The translations under genes were made by a program, and so were the position numbers. DNA of 64,000 nucleotides from Eukaryota sp. GEM-RC1 (taxonomy: Eukaryota), in assembly GCA_040285855.1 (NCBI GenBank), contig JAUFOQ010000016.1, forward strand, positions 2,480,001 to 2,544,000. The letters are read 5' to 3'. Below, one piece after another: positions 24,501 through 36,805 of the stretch (within the stretch, counting starts at the first letter, position 1; every line of letters begins with the position of its first letter). Under the pieces are notes generated by a model. It was not told the DNA's origin. It ran no database searches and saw only the letters and a list, made by a program, of their open reading frames with translations.

Positions 24501-27500
24501 TTCCGATGACGCTCTCTGGAACTTCTTTATTGATCGAGTGCGCTCTAATTTACATATTGTATTATGTCTTTCTCCAATTGGTCAAGGCTTTAGACTCCGT
24601 GTTCGTCAGTATCCAGCCTTTGTATCTACAACAACTATTGATTGGTTCGCTAACTGGCCTAATGATGCTCTCAAAGAAGTCGCCGGAAGTCTTGTTGCTG
24701 ACGTGGAAGACATTGACTCTGAAATCAAAGCCAAATTGCCTGATGTTTTCGTGTATTGCCATGAGTCAGTCATTGAAGCTTCAAACTCAATGTTTGAAAC
24801 TCTACGCAGACCTAACTATGTTACACCAACTTCTTACCTTGAACATATCTCTGAGTTTTTGTCGTTGTTAAATCGTAAACGTGAAGAAATTACCCAAGTC
24901 TATTCCAAGTTATCTAATGGTTTGATTAAGCTTGATTCAACAAAGAAAGAAGTTCAAACGATGTCAATTCAATTGGACAAAACTAAGGAAATTTTAAAAA
25001 TCAAACAAGCTGAGTGTGCTGATCTTCTACAAACAATTATTAAAAAAAGACAAGGTGCTGATGAACAAGCACAACAAGTTCGTGAAGATTCTGAAGTATT
25101 GGGTGTTGAACAGGCTAAAATTGAAATTGAAGCTGCTAAAGCCCAACACGAACTAGATCAAGTTCTCCCTGCTTTAGAACGTGCCCAAGAAGCTCTTGGA
25201 GCTCTCACAAAAAGTGCCATTGGTGAGGTTCGAACCTTCTCCCAACCTCCACCTCTTGTTAAACTTGTGTTGTCAGCTGTAATGGTTCTTCGTAAAGCTG
25301 TTGATACTTCCTGGGGTACTGCTAAACAGCACATGTCTAATCCTAATTTCCTGAGTGAACTAATCAATTATGATTTGAACTCACTTAATGATGCAATCTT
25401 GAAGAAACTTGCAAAGTTTACTTCTCAAGAAGGGTTTGATCCTGAAATCATCCGTAACGTCTCAGTTGCAGCTACTTCTCTCTGTCAATGGGCTTTGGCA
25501 ATGGAAGAATACGGTAAAGCCAACAAGGTTGTTGCCCCTCGAAAAGCAGCTCTCGATTCCGCTCAAAAACGACTTCAATCAAAACAATCAGCTCTACAAT
25601 CCAAAAAGGATCAACTTGCTGAGATCAATGCCGTTGTTAATCGTCTCAATGCAGAATATGAAGAATCAGAAGCTACTAAAGAAAAACTTTCCAGTGAAGC
25701 CAAGGCTACTGAACTTAAGCTAGAACGTGCTGCTTCCCTAGTCTCTGGACTATCTGGAGAAAAAGACCGTTGGACTGTACAACTTTCAGAATTGGAAGGA
25801 CAGTTAAAAACCCTATCAGGTGATTGCGTCCTGGCTTCTGCTTTCTTAGCATATGCCGGTGTTTTTACTTCTGAACTACGTATGAAGTTACTCGTTGAGA
25901 ATTGGATGCCAAAGATCAAAGAAATGCTCCCCACTAGAGAAGGTTTCTCTGTAATTGATTTCCTTGGGAAAGCTACAGATCTCAGATCTTGGACAATTCA
26001 AGGACTTCCGTCTGATAACTTCTCTTATGAAAATGGTATTCTTGTGACCCAGTCTAGTCGATGGCCTCTCATGATTGACCCTCAAGGTCAAGCTAAGAAA
26101 TGGATCCACGAGATGGAAAAGATCGTGGGTTAAAGGTCATTAGTCTCCGAAACTCAGATTTTCTCAAGGTTTTAGAGTCTGCTGTTACGTATGGAACTCC
26201 CATCTTATTAGAAGACGTTGGCGAAGAACTGGACGCTACATTGGATCCTCTCCTTTCAAAATCATTTCAACGAGTTGGTAACAAGTTAATTCTCAAGCTT
26301 GGTGATGCAGATGTTGAGTTCAACACTGATTTTAAACTCTATATTACCACTAAACTTCAGAATCCTCACTATACTCCTGAGATTTCCACAAAGGCTTTAC
26401 TTGTGAACTTTGCAGTTAAAGAAAAGGGTTTGGAAGATCAACTTTGGCCATTGCTGTAAGAAAAGAGATTCCTGAAGTTGAAGAACAGAGGGATACTCTT
26501 ATTGTTGAAATGGCTAGTAACAAAAAGAAAATGGTTGAGCTTGAAGATGAAATTTTAAATTTGTTGAATATTTCAGAAAATCTTTTGGAAGACATTAAGC
26601 TCATTACAACACTCCAAAAATCCAAAACAACTTCTGAAGAGATCAAAGTTGCTCTTGATGCTGCTGCAATTACTGAAATACAAGTTAACAAACTTCGTGA
26701 AGAATACAGACCTGTCGCTGCCAGAGCTTCCCTTTTATTCTTTGTTTTGGACGATATTTCTAAGGTTGACCCCATGTACCAATTTTCATTGGACTCTTAC
26801 ATTTCTCTCTTTGAAACTTCTATTAATAAGGCTAAGAAATGCGAGCAAACTCCTGAAAGAGTTGAAGAAATCATTAGTTATCATTCATTTGCAGTGTATA
26901 ACTACACTTGCAGAGGTTTGTTTGAATGTCACAAACTCCTTTTCTCCTTCCAACTATGCATCAAGATTCTTCTTTTCGAAAAGAAGGTTGACTTTGATGA
27001 GTACCAATTCCTTTTACGTGGAGGCTCAGTACTAGATCGAGCAAAGCAAGTCCCCAACCCTTTCCCTTCTTGGATTCCTCTTGAGTACTGGGATAACATC
27101 ACTGAAGTAGAGAAACTTTCTTCCTTTAGAGGTCTTGTTTCTACTATTGAAGATACAGAGAAGTCTTGGTATCATTGGTATACTAATTCAACTCCAGAGA
27201 TTGCCACTCTTCCTAATGATTGGGAAACAAAGCTGTCTGCTTTCCAGAAGTTGGTTTTAGTTAGATGTCTTAGACCTGATAGATTGTTGTTAGCTATTAC
27301 TAACTTCATCACACTATCTATCGGCAATTCCTTTGTCGAACCTCCACCTTTCAATCTCTCTTTGGCTTTTGAAGATTCCACTGAGCTAATCCCCATCATC
27401 TTCATCCTTTCCCCGGGTGTTGATCCCACTCCAATGGTTCTTCAATTAGCTAAAACCAAGGGCTTCTCAGATAAGTTGTCCACAGTGGCTCTTGGTCAAG

Positions 27501-29179
27501 GACAAGCGGAGGTTGCCAAGTCAGCCATTTCTGAAGCAATTAAAGAAGGTAAGTGGGTGTTGTTAATGAATTGTCATTTATCAGTATCATGGCTTCCTGA
27601 ATTAGAAAAGCTCATCTTTGCTCTTCCTTCTAAGACCCCTCACCCCAATTTCCGTCTGTGGTTAACTTCAGATCCTCATCCTAAATTCCCTATATCAATC
27701 TTACAGCTATCTGTCAAACTGACTACTGAGCCTCCTCGTGGACTTCGTCAGAATTTACTTCGAGTGTTTAGTAGTTATCCGGCTTCTCATTTCACACGGT
27801 CAAAGAATTCCGTGGTGTATCGTAGATTGTTCTTCGCTTTGGCTTTCTTCCACTCACTTTTGATTGAACGAAAGAAATTTAAATCTTTGGGTTGGAACGT
27901 ACCCTATGATTTCAATTTTTCAGATTTAGATATTTGTGACAAAATCCTGGTATCGTATGTCGATAATTCTGTTGATAACAATAACAAAATCAGCTGGTCT
28001 GCCCTCCGTTATCTAACTGGTGAGGCAAACTATGGTGGAAGAGTTACTGAGTTCTTTGACATGGTAACACTTACTACTTATATGAACTTGTTCTACAATC
28101 CTGAAGTAGCTGAAACTCCAGATTTACCAATTTTCAATTCTGAAATTTACAAAATTCCTGATACGGCTAATGTCGAGGCAATCATTGAATATATCACGTC
28201 ACTTCCTCAATCAGAACCTCCTTCCGTTTTCGGTCAACACGCCAACGCTGATATCGCTTCTGCTATTCAAGAGTCTAATCTGCTCTTGGACACAGCTTTA
28301 TCTCTCCAACCAAGAGTCATTGCAACTGGTGACGAATCTCCAGAAGCTGATGTTCTTTCTAAATTAGAGAAGCTTCAACGACAAGTTCCGCCACTTCTGG
28401 ACTACGATATGGTTCAGAAGTCTGTTGGTGATGATCTATCACCATTTAACACAGTTTTACTTCAAGAAGTTCAACGTTACAACAAGCTTTTGGCAACTAT
28501 TCATCATCAATTGGCTCAGTTAAAAGATGGTATTAATGGAATTGTTGTGATTTCTCAGGAACTTGAAGATATCTTTGATGCTATTTCCACCGGTACCGTA
28601 CCAACCTCTTGGTCTTTTGCTTATCCTTCACTACGAAAACTAGCTGCTTGGACTGAAGATCTCAATGCAAGAATCTCTCAAATCAAAAATTGGGCTGAAG
28701 GAGCAGCTCCAAAAGTCTTTTGGCTTGGAGGTTTCACTTATCCCTCGCAGTTTCTTACTTGTCTGTTACAATCTTGTGCTAGAAATACTGGTGTTCCCGT
28801 TGATGTATTATCATTTGAATTCTCTGTTATTACTCAGACTGAAGATGAAATCACGTCACCTCCGAGAGTTGGAGCTTATATTAAAGGTCTGCATTTAGAA
28901 GGAGCTAGGTGGAGTAAAGATTCTGGTTGTCTTGCTGAACCTCTTCCAATGATTTTAACTGATGAAATGCCAATAATTCACTTCAAGCCTGTGGAAAACA
29001 AGAAGAAAACTCCTGCTAATGTTTATCAAGCTCCGCTTTATATTTATCCTGTTCGATGTGGAACTCTTCAACGTACTTCCTTTGTAAGTACTGTGGATTT
29101 AAAGGTTGGAGACCGACATAAACCTGATGATTTTACATTAATGGGTACTGCACTTTATTTAGATCCCAAATATTCTTAA
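15595..29179 (+). CDS. DNAH2: Axonemal inner-arm dynein heavy chain, I1-beta/DNAH2 type (split by 4 frameshifts)
   Basis: DHC_N1 (GPLAELAFW), linker (FPRFYFLSNDDLLEILG), AAA1 (GGSPQGPAGTGKTETVKDL, WGCFDEFNRI), AAA2 (FDGPVDTLWIESMNTVLDD), AAA3 (GDTGTGKT), AAA4 (VGVGGSGR), stalk/MTBD, AAA5 (RWPLMIDPQGQA), AAA6 and C-terminal YP.R.G...R.SF...VDL..G. Five collinear ORFs are joined by single-base shifts near 18612, 22000, 26116 and 26443. Confidence 0.93.
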
Positions 29180-29324
29180 TTTTTTAATTTTTCATGTAAT
29201 TCTAATTGTAATAAATTTATTTAAACTTAGTCTCCTAGTCGTCCACGTACAAACATTTATTTGTCATAACTATCCATGTACACTTGATTCAAAATGTCAA
29301 CTCAAGTTTTTCATTTAATGACAT

Positions 29325-29500
29325 TTAAAAAACGGGGTTTACTGTATGTCCAGAAACTTTATGATCAATCAGTGAAATACATGCTTTTGCAAAAAATAAA
29401 TAATAGCTAACAGACACTAGCTAAAGTATCTAAGCTATGATTCTTCTGTCCGTCACCAAACAAAACCTAAAGTTGAATTAAAATATCTGTGCATTTAACA
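29325..29500 (-). mobile_element. Short CRE-like 3'-end fragment
   Basis: Reverse-complement similarity to about 4215-4370 (C-terminal codons plus 3' UTR). Confidence 0.65.
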
Positions 29501-29927
29501 ATTCATTACAGTAGTTCAACCCAGTGTTCGAAAAAACTACGGGTGATTCATAAAAGGCAATTGTGGACACAGATAAGATCAAGAATATAATTGTTGCTAC
29601 CTGCAAGATAGTGTGCTCAAGTATAATCGTCAATAATGATTGTTTTGATCAGTCCAGAAATTCGTGATGAGGTACGACGAAGAATACAATCCTAGTAGAT
29701 GGCCAAGAGTTAGATGATGCACCAATCTGAATTGCTACTATAGTAGTGTGTTGTTTCCAAAAACTGAACAATATCTTGAGTTCATTGATGGTGCACGTGT
29801 TGTTATAGTAGTGTAGAAATTCATATTAGGTTTTCTTTTCCTTTGTATAAACCCTTTCTGAAACTCTTTATTTTCCTATGAGTTTCAGTAAAAGAAGAAC
29901 CGGTGTAAACCCAACAGTAATTACTGA

Positions 29928-32900
29928 GAATTAGCGCTTAAATTGTCTGACACTGAGAATAAAGAACTCATTAGTTTGTTACGCAAATATGACCCCTTAT
30001 TCTCCGGAAAACCACATCCTAAAGGAATAAAATGCGCTCCCATGGAGATTGAACTTCGAGATCCCATCAAGATAACCCAAAAACCAGCTAGACCGTTAAA
30101 TCCTGAACGACAAAGAATTGCTGAAGACATTGTAGATGATATGCTCTCTCAAGGTATCGTGGAAGAATACAATGGACCATGGAGCAGTCCGATATGTTTA
30201 GTAACCGTTCCTGGTAAGAAACCACGTCTCACTGGAGATTATTCAGGTCCAGATGGATTGAATAATAACACAATCTCTGTAGAAGCTAACTTACCCAGAA
30301 TATCTGACGTATCACGGTATTTGACTCAGGCTAAATATATAGCATGTCTTGTTACCAAAAGCCTTTTGGCAAATGAATTTGGCTGACCACTGTCAAGATT
30401 TCACTGCTCTATCTATTCCTACCAAAGACGGCAAAAAGCGTTCTTTCAAGTTTAAGAGAGCTGCTTTTGGGCTCAAAAATGTGCCTGCTGTCTTTCAGAA
30501 TCTCATGACAGAGATTTTTGACTCTGATGATGTGTTTATCTACATCGACGATGTGATGATTGCAGCTGAAACATTTAGTGAATTCCTAAGAAAATTAACT
30601 AAGGTATTTGAGACTGCTCTTGAATATCGAATTACCTTTGCCCTAAAAAAATGTTCTTTTCAGACAAAAAATGATCCCGTAAAGGTGCTTGGTACCATTT
30701 TCCAAAATGGACAAAAACGAATAGACCCTACCAGAATTGATGCCATTAAAAAACTGCCAGCTCCTAAGACGGTAAAAGAAATTAGAAGTTTTATTGGTTC
30801 TATCAACTTCATTCGAGAATTCCTACCCAACATTAGTCGACTCATAATCCCTTTCACTGATCTGTTGAAGAAGAAAAACGGGAAACAGCCAAGGAAAATC
30901 TCATGGTCAGACGAACTGAACCGAAAATTCAATGAAATCAAGAATATGGTATCGAAAGCAGTACCCCTATCTCTACCCGATCCCGGTAGTAAGATACTCA
31001 TCACCACAGACGCTAGTGACCACGCCATCGGAGGAGTCGTATGGCAACAACTAGTTCCATGTAAAGCAGGAACTCCTTTTCACCTAAGAAAAGTGAAACC
31101 GATTTCATTCTATTCGAGAACACTGACGGATTCACAGAAGTCTTGGTCCACCATGCAACAAGAGTTGTATGCTATTGTTCAAACTCTTAACCAGCCCAAC
31201 CTCTCCAGCTATCTAATGTCTCAAAAGTTAACGATATTTTGTGACCATAAAAATATCACATTTTTGCTGACGAATCCCGAAAGGAACCGTGTCGTGCAAA
31301 GATGGTTACCAAACTTGGCCATGTTTCTCTTTGACGTAGTTCATACTGAAGGAGTCAACAACGAATGGGCTGATTATTTGAGTTGAAGTTTCATGCCTCA
31401 AACCCAAGACCGAATCAATAGTCGTGAAGAGGAATTATTACGTACACAAAACACACTTGGAACAAAGAACAAAGAGAAGAGTTGTGATGTAGTGTCTAAT
31501 GAATTACCACAGGTAACGTCGAAGGCTGTCAAGAAACCTATGAATGGTGGAAAGGAAGAAAGAAATATCAGGAATCATTTCTCTCGATTCTCTCCCTCTA
31601 ATCATCACTTGACTTACCACATAGAAAGTCCTCTTAATCCTCTCAGTAAAGATCTGCTAGAAACTATTCGCACTGGACAGAATTCTTTGCCTGAAGATCA
31701 TAATCTCTTTGTAAACAGTGTATTTGACGAGAATCTGGAGGTGTTTACAGATTCGTCAAGTAAGATCCTGGTTCCACCGTCTTTGAAGAATCATATCTTA
31801 CACATGATTCATGGTTATGCTGATGCTGGGCATCCAACTCTTTCCGAATCAAGTCGTCTACTTGCTCAAAGCTCCTTCTCATGGCCAAATGATCAAGAAG
31901 ACTTGGCACTACACGTAAAACACTGCATAACATGTCAAAAATGTTCTCGCAGACATAAACCTAACTCTCCATCTACTGGCAAACTTTTATCATACGCTCC
32001 CTTTGAGTCAGTTCATGTTGACACTATTGAGATGTCGAAAGTTGACATCTTTGGTGCGAAATATATTGTTCACATCGTGGATGCCTTCACTAAATATTCT
32101 GTTCTTGTTCCCGTGAAGTCCATCAAAGCAGATGATATAGCCCTTTCTCTGTTCTCTCACGTGTTTTGCTATTTTGGTACTCCTAAAAATATTCACTCCG
32201 ATAATGGAACAGAGTATTCCAATTCTTTACTCAACGAACTTTGCTCACTACTTTCAGTTCAAAGATCCACTTCCATTCCCAACTACCACCATTCTAATGG
32301 TTTAGTAGAGAAACAGAACTCTGTTATCTTACGAGCTCTTAAGAAACTTCTTATGGATACCAATGATTACTCACGTTGGGCTGAATATATTCCCCAAATC
32401 CAACTCTTGGTTAATTCTCATCCTGGGTCGAGAACATCTTATTCTCCTTTTCAGCTATTGTTTGGCTTCCAGAATGAAACTCGAATGTCCCCTCTTTCGA
32501 TATCCCATAATCTGTCTCTTCAAGGGAACTCTTCTTTAACTAAATTCAATTCGAACCTGTGCAAAAGATCACTTGAGCTCACTGGAAGCATATGAAAAAA
32601 TTAAAGACAAATTGTTAAACGATCTGGAAAAGCTATCCCAAAATTCTGACAATAAGCCTCCTGTTTTTGAGCCTGGATCATACGTATTTGCTTTACATGA
32701 AAATGCAAATAAATTACATGCTCCATACAAGGGACCATTTAAGATTATTAAGTCAATTTCCTCAAATTCATATCTGGTGAAGAATTTGCATACTTTGAAG
32801 GAAACTCACATGCATGCAAGATTGCTCAAGGCTGCCTTTATCTCTCCTGAACTGGACATTGATACTATAAGCGCCTATGCTGCCCATGATGATGAACAAT

Positions 32901-33046
32901 TTATTGTTAAAGAAATTCTTAATGTTAGCAATGGAAAAGCCGAAGTCTTATGGATGGATGAGTCTATAACATTTGAAAATATCAAATCTATTATGCATAC
33001 AAAAGATTCAAAAATTACTAATCTGAATTTCAATGATTTTGTGTAG
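29928..33046 (+). pseudogene. Gypsy pol (RT, RNase H, integrase, chromodomain-like tail), disrupted
   Basis: RT (PWSSPI, FGLKNVP..FQ, YIDD), RNase H (TDAS, ELYAI, FCDH, ADYLS), IN (H..H...CITC, HVDT, SDNGTEY, NGLVEK, YKGPF) and a FIVKEIL...EVLW tail. Lesions: 2-nt loss at the first RT Asp (~30350), in-frame TGA at 31384 in place of the Arg of ADxLSR, and a frameshift near 32575. Confidence 0.9.
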
Positions 33047-33082
33047 AAAAATCATGATGAAGAAAGAGTAGTGTTGTTATAG

Positions 33083-33815
33083 CGAGATGTTTATTCGGCA
33101 CCCAATAAGGTAACCTTCCTACAAACTATGAAATTGTAAAAACAAACAAATAATACTAAAATTAAATCCAAACGACTTCATCACCACCCGGTAAAAGATT
33201 ACGTTTATCAACATTAACCTTCACACCAAACTTGTACAATTTCTCAATTAATCTAGAGAAATAGAAAGGCATGTTCCGATATAAGGAAAACACTATACGG
33301 TTTTTCCATTCAGCCATTCTAAACTTACGCTTCTTTTCTTTACACAATTCATCGAAATCCTTGAAAAATTGATCACCAGCAGGACTAATAGATCCAAAAG
33401 AGAAACAGCAAAAGGTTGAAACACAAATTTGGAATATGAGTTTCTATTTAATTCTTCTACTTGAGAGTCATACTTGGAGTGTTTGAGCTTTTCAGCTGCT
33501 GTTAATGGATTAAAAGAAGAATCTAATATCCTACTAACACAAGATTTGTTACATACATCTACTGTAGTAAAATCTATTAATGATTGACTCGATTTAAGCC
33601 ACGGAGTATGTAGATCCCCTCTTTTTTGATCAGTAAATTCATTTTCTGAAAGATGATTCAAAACTGGTTCAACTTTAGAGTGAAAACCATGTGCTTTAAA
33701 CATGGAATAACAAGAATCACGTACACCATCATGAATTACTGCACGGAGATGAATAAAATAACGACAATTAATTAAATGACGAAAAACACCATTAGCTCCA
33801 CAAGAGCAAAAAAAA
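33083..33815 (-). mobile_element. 5'-truncated CRE-like non-LTR element inserted in the Gypsy 3' LTR
   Basis: CSCG..HLINC...HD knuckle, RGDL, DFTTVD, AEKLKHSKY, FQPFAVS and WKNRIVFSL motifs; flanked by the 10-bp TSD GTTGTTATAG (33073-33082, 33816-33825). Confidence 0.88.
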
Positions 33816-34449
33816 GTTGTTATAGTAGTGTAGAAATTCATATTAGGTTTTCTTTTCCTTTGTATAAACCCTTTCTGAAACTCTTTATTTTCCTATGAGT
33901 TTCAGTAAAAGAAGAACCGGTGTAAACCCAACACACACATGTCCAAAAATAAAGACACGTGTGAGACAGATGCCCGACACATTTCGAACACGCGTTTATG
34001 TATCACGTGATGATTACACGAACTACCCTATTGTCATATCATCTGGTGGTAAATGCTGAAAGCTACAGTCAAACTGTAGGTAGCAATTCATATTTCGTCA
34101 AAATTTTAACAATGTCTGCTTGTTTTCTTCCAAGCATTCAGTTCTCCTAACTGGTTGAAGTTCCAGCTCAAATTCCCCCCTTCAATAGACACAATTACCG
34201 TAACTTGTTGTTTTATTTGTTATAAACAATGATCGGACGATGTTCAGTCTATAAAAAGACAACCGTCCAACCTGGCCTATGGTCAATTTTAGAAGAGTAA
34301 GTTGTACCTCTGACAAAGCCAGTGTACTTCAATACTATACCAAGCATTCGGAAGAGTGTTTCAGTAAGTAATAAGGGCATGTATTAGAGTGAACAAACAC
34401 GTGGTATTAAGGGTTTGTATAACTTATAGACTCGTGTCACATCTTTGTT

Positions 34450-35410
34450 CATTTTGGAACGTGTACACGATCTATTTTAACTCTAGGATTAGCTTTCAAT
34501 GCATCTGCCACAACTCTTTCACCTTCATCTTCAAAAGAGTTACTCCCAAAATTAACACTTGTAATTGAAGCATTGACTTTCAACGCCTTCATCTCTAAGA
34601 GAGTTATCACTCAGACCAATACTACTGGTAGTAAGTGTAGTACAATTATTCTTTTCAACGTTTCAATAAATAACATAAAAACCGAGGGGCTTATCACCAC
34701 TTCTAGTTGCTTAAGACGTGGAAATAAAGACGAACAATTGTTTAGAAACTCTAAATCAGAGGGTACCGTGAGAAAGATTCTCAATCCTGTAATTATACCA
34801 GAATAATTAAGACTTTTCTGGATGTCTAAGTTTTGGTAAGTCTCCACGAAAACAGATTGTAGATCTGCTCCAAAGAAAGAAGCAAGTGAAATTAGTTTGG
34901 GAAGGCGTATGAGATCAGCATGAAAAGTGTGTAATTGAAAAAACACTTCAACTGCTTGGAATGAAGAATCGAGGAAGTGATTACTTACATAGCCAACTTG
35001 TCGAAAGAATGCAGGTAAACCTGTTTTCAAAGCAGCGAGTTGGGGAAAAGCTAGATCATGCATCTTTCCGAGAGCGTGCTTGAAAAGACTTGTCATCAAG
35101 TGGAAATGGATGAGAATCAACAAAGACTGTTGAACACGGACACGTTTAGAAAGAGGATATGCGGATATGCGGATGAAGCCAATACCGACAGTTGGTCACA
35201 GTAAGACAGGAGATACTAGAAGAGGATGAACGACTGCTTTTCAACAAAGATGCAGAATGTGGTGGGCCATTGATGTAACTTTTTGGATCTCTCAACTCAA
35301 ACAAATTGCAGTATTTTTTCCCTGAGAGCCACATATAAACAACAACACTAAAGTGGACATATCGATGAGAAAATGACAACATGAACCTTCCTCTCCGAAG
35401 TAACATTCTA
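34450..35410 (-). pseudogene. Degenerate RNI-like (NLRC3-type) leucine-rich repeat gene
   Basis: Minus strand near 34470-34620 reads IGLSDNSLRDEG and ALKVNASITSVNFGSNSFEDEGERVVADALKAN; upstream ORF pieces are broken by stops and shifts. Limits are approximate. Confidence 0.55.
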
Positions 35411-36805
35411 GATTATAATTGTTGAGTTACTGTTTACACAATTTTCTGTAAGACGTGAGAAGTTTTTTCCAAAGGAAGTCATTTTCACCATAGAGTGAAA
35501 TAGCTAATGGATTGTGAACAATTGTGATTAGAGTTTGTTTTTGATGAAGACTTACTGTTCTGAATTGATGCTCTCAATCATTCAAAGAGACAGAACAGAT
35601 GATGACAAAACGATTTATTGAAAAGGCTGAGATAAGAAGAATGAAATTGGAAGTATCAGAAAAAAGTTAGGTAGCGAGCGTTATCATCATTGAGGTACCT
35701 CACATCCGAAATAGATGCGGTGTACCCTGAGACAAATGCCGGATTCATCAGATACAGAAGGACAAATTCAACACTGAGATTAGAGACTGAAAACAGGAAA
35801 GGATCAGGAGGTAGCATAGTTTCAACACCCACACCTAGACACGAAATGTGAATAGTTATGGCGCTCGAATGCGCAAACAACGAGCCCTCTGACTCGTCAC
35901 GGTTGTCATCAGCATGTGTGATGGAAAGCAATACATACTACAAATGGTCTGGGATGAGGGTTGATGAAAAGAATGGATATCAGAGATGTAATTGGCTTGT
36001 CCGAAATGTCAACATAGTCGATTAGACGGGGAAAGAATAGATCATCACAGATTTCATGGAAAAGTCAACATACACTGAGCAAAGCAGAAATATAGAATGG
36101 AAGAAGATAGAAACTGAAATGCATCTTTCAGGAAAAGCACCTGATGACGTCAGCAATCTCAATACTTATACTGTACTATGGTATTTGTGACCTTTCTATC
36201 ATTCCTAGAACTTCAAATGGGTGTGAAAGATTCTTTCCAGACGTGAGAATCACAATAGGAGAACATCGCGTTAGGCTAACAACAGGATCATTGTAGAAAA
36301 AATTCTTTTCCACCACAACCGGTTTTTGGTCCTCAGGACCAGTCAGATTTGTTGTTAGGAGCGGTGATCCTTTTGAAATGGCCAATAAACTTGAGCGTTT
36401 AACTATTTCTTTGTTCAGATGCTCTCATGTTTACTGAATATACTTTAAATAACCGTTTGATTTTTTTTCTCTGTTCCGTTTGGTGGCCTAAGTTTTTTAA
36501 ATCAATTTTCACAAAGTTGTATAAAAACTGTGGTACTGTTGACCAGGAATTTTCGGTGTCTAGTGTTTCATAGCTTTTATTATGATATGTATTTTTGTAC
36601 CCTCCATCAATCAACTGTTTTCCCTGTTTACTTAATGTATTTAGCGTGTATTTTCTTTTTGAAAATTTAGTTTTTACAGTTCGTCTCGGCGCGGCTACGG
36701 AAAAAAATCCAGCATTCGTTAAATTTTTAATTGACTTAAAGAACAGTTAGGATGTGTATTACATGTAATTAATCAAATTCCACAAGTGTATGGTGTATTA
36801 TTAAA

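Larger units (their letters stand above)
29798..33933 (+). mobile_element. Ty3/Gypsy (chromovirus-like) LTR retrotransposon carrying only RT-RNaseH-IN; no gag or protease
   Basis: 119-bp LTRs TGTTG...CAACA: 5' LTR 29798-29916; 3' LTR 33072-33082 plus 33826-33933, identical apart from the insertion. PPT GAAGAAAGAGTAG lies before the 3' LTR. Flanks CACG/CACA form an imperfect 4-bp TSD. Confidence 0.9.

Noticed and set aside
16017..28898. Numerous short antisense or alternate-frame ORFs inside dynein and other long genes
   Set aside because: Shadow ORFs of long coding regions with no recognisable domains.
31384..31386. Programmed read-through between RNase H and integrase
   Set aside because: The TGA replaces the conserved Arg of ADxLSR (probable CGA>TGA) in an element with other lesions.
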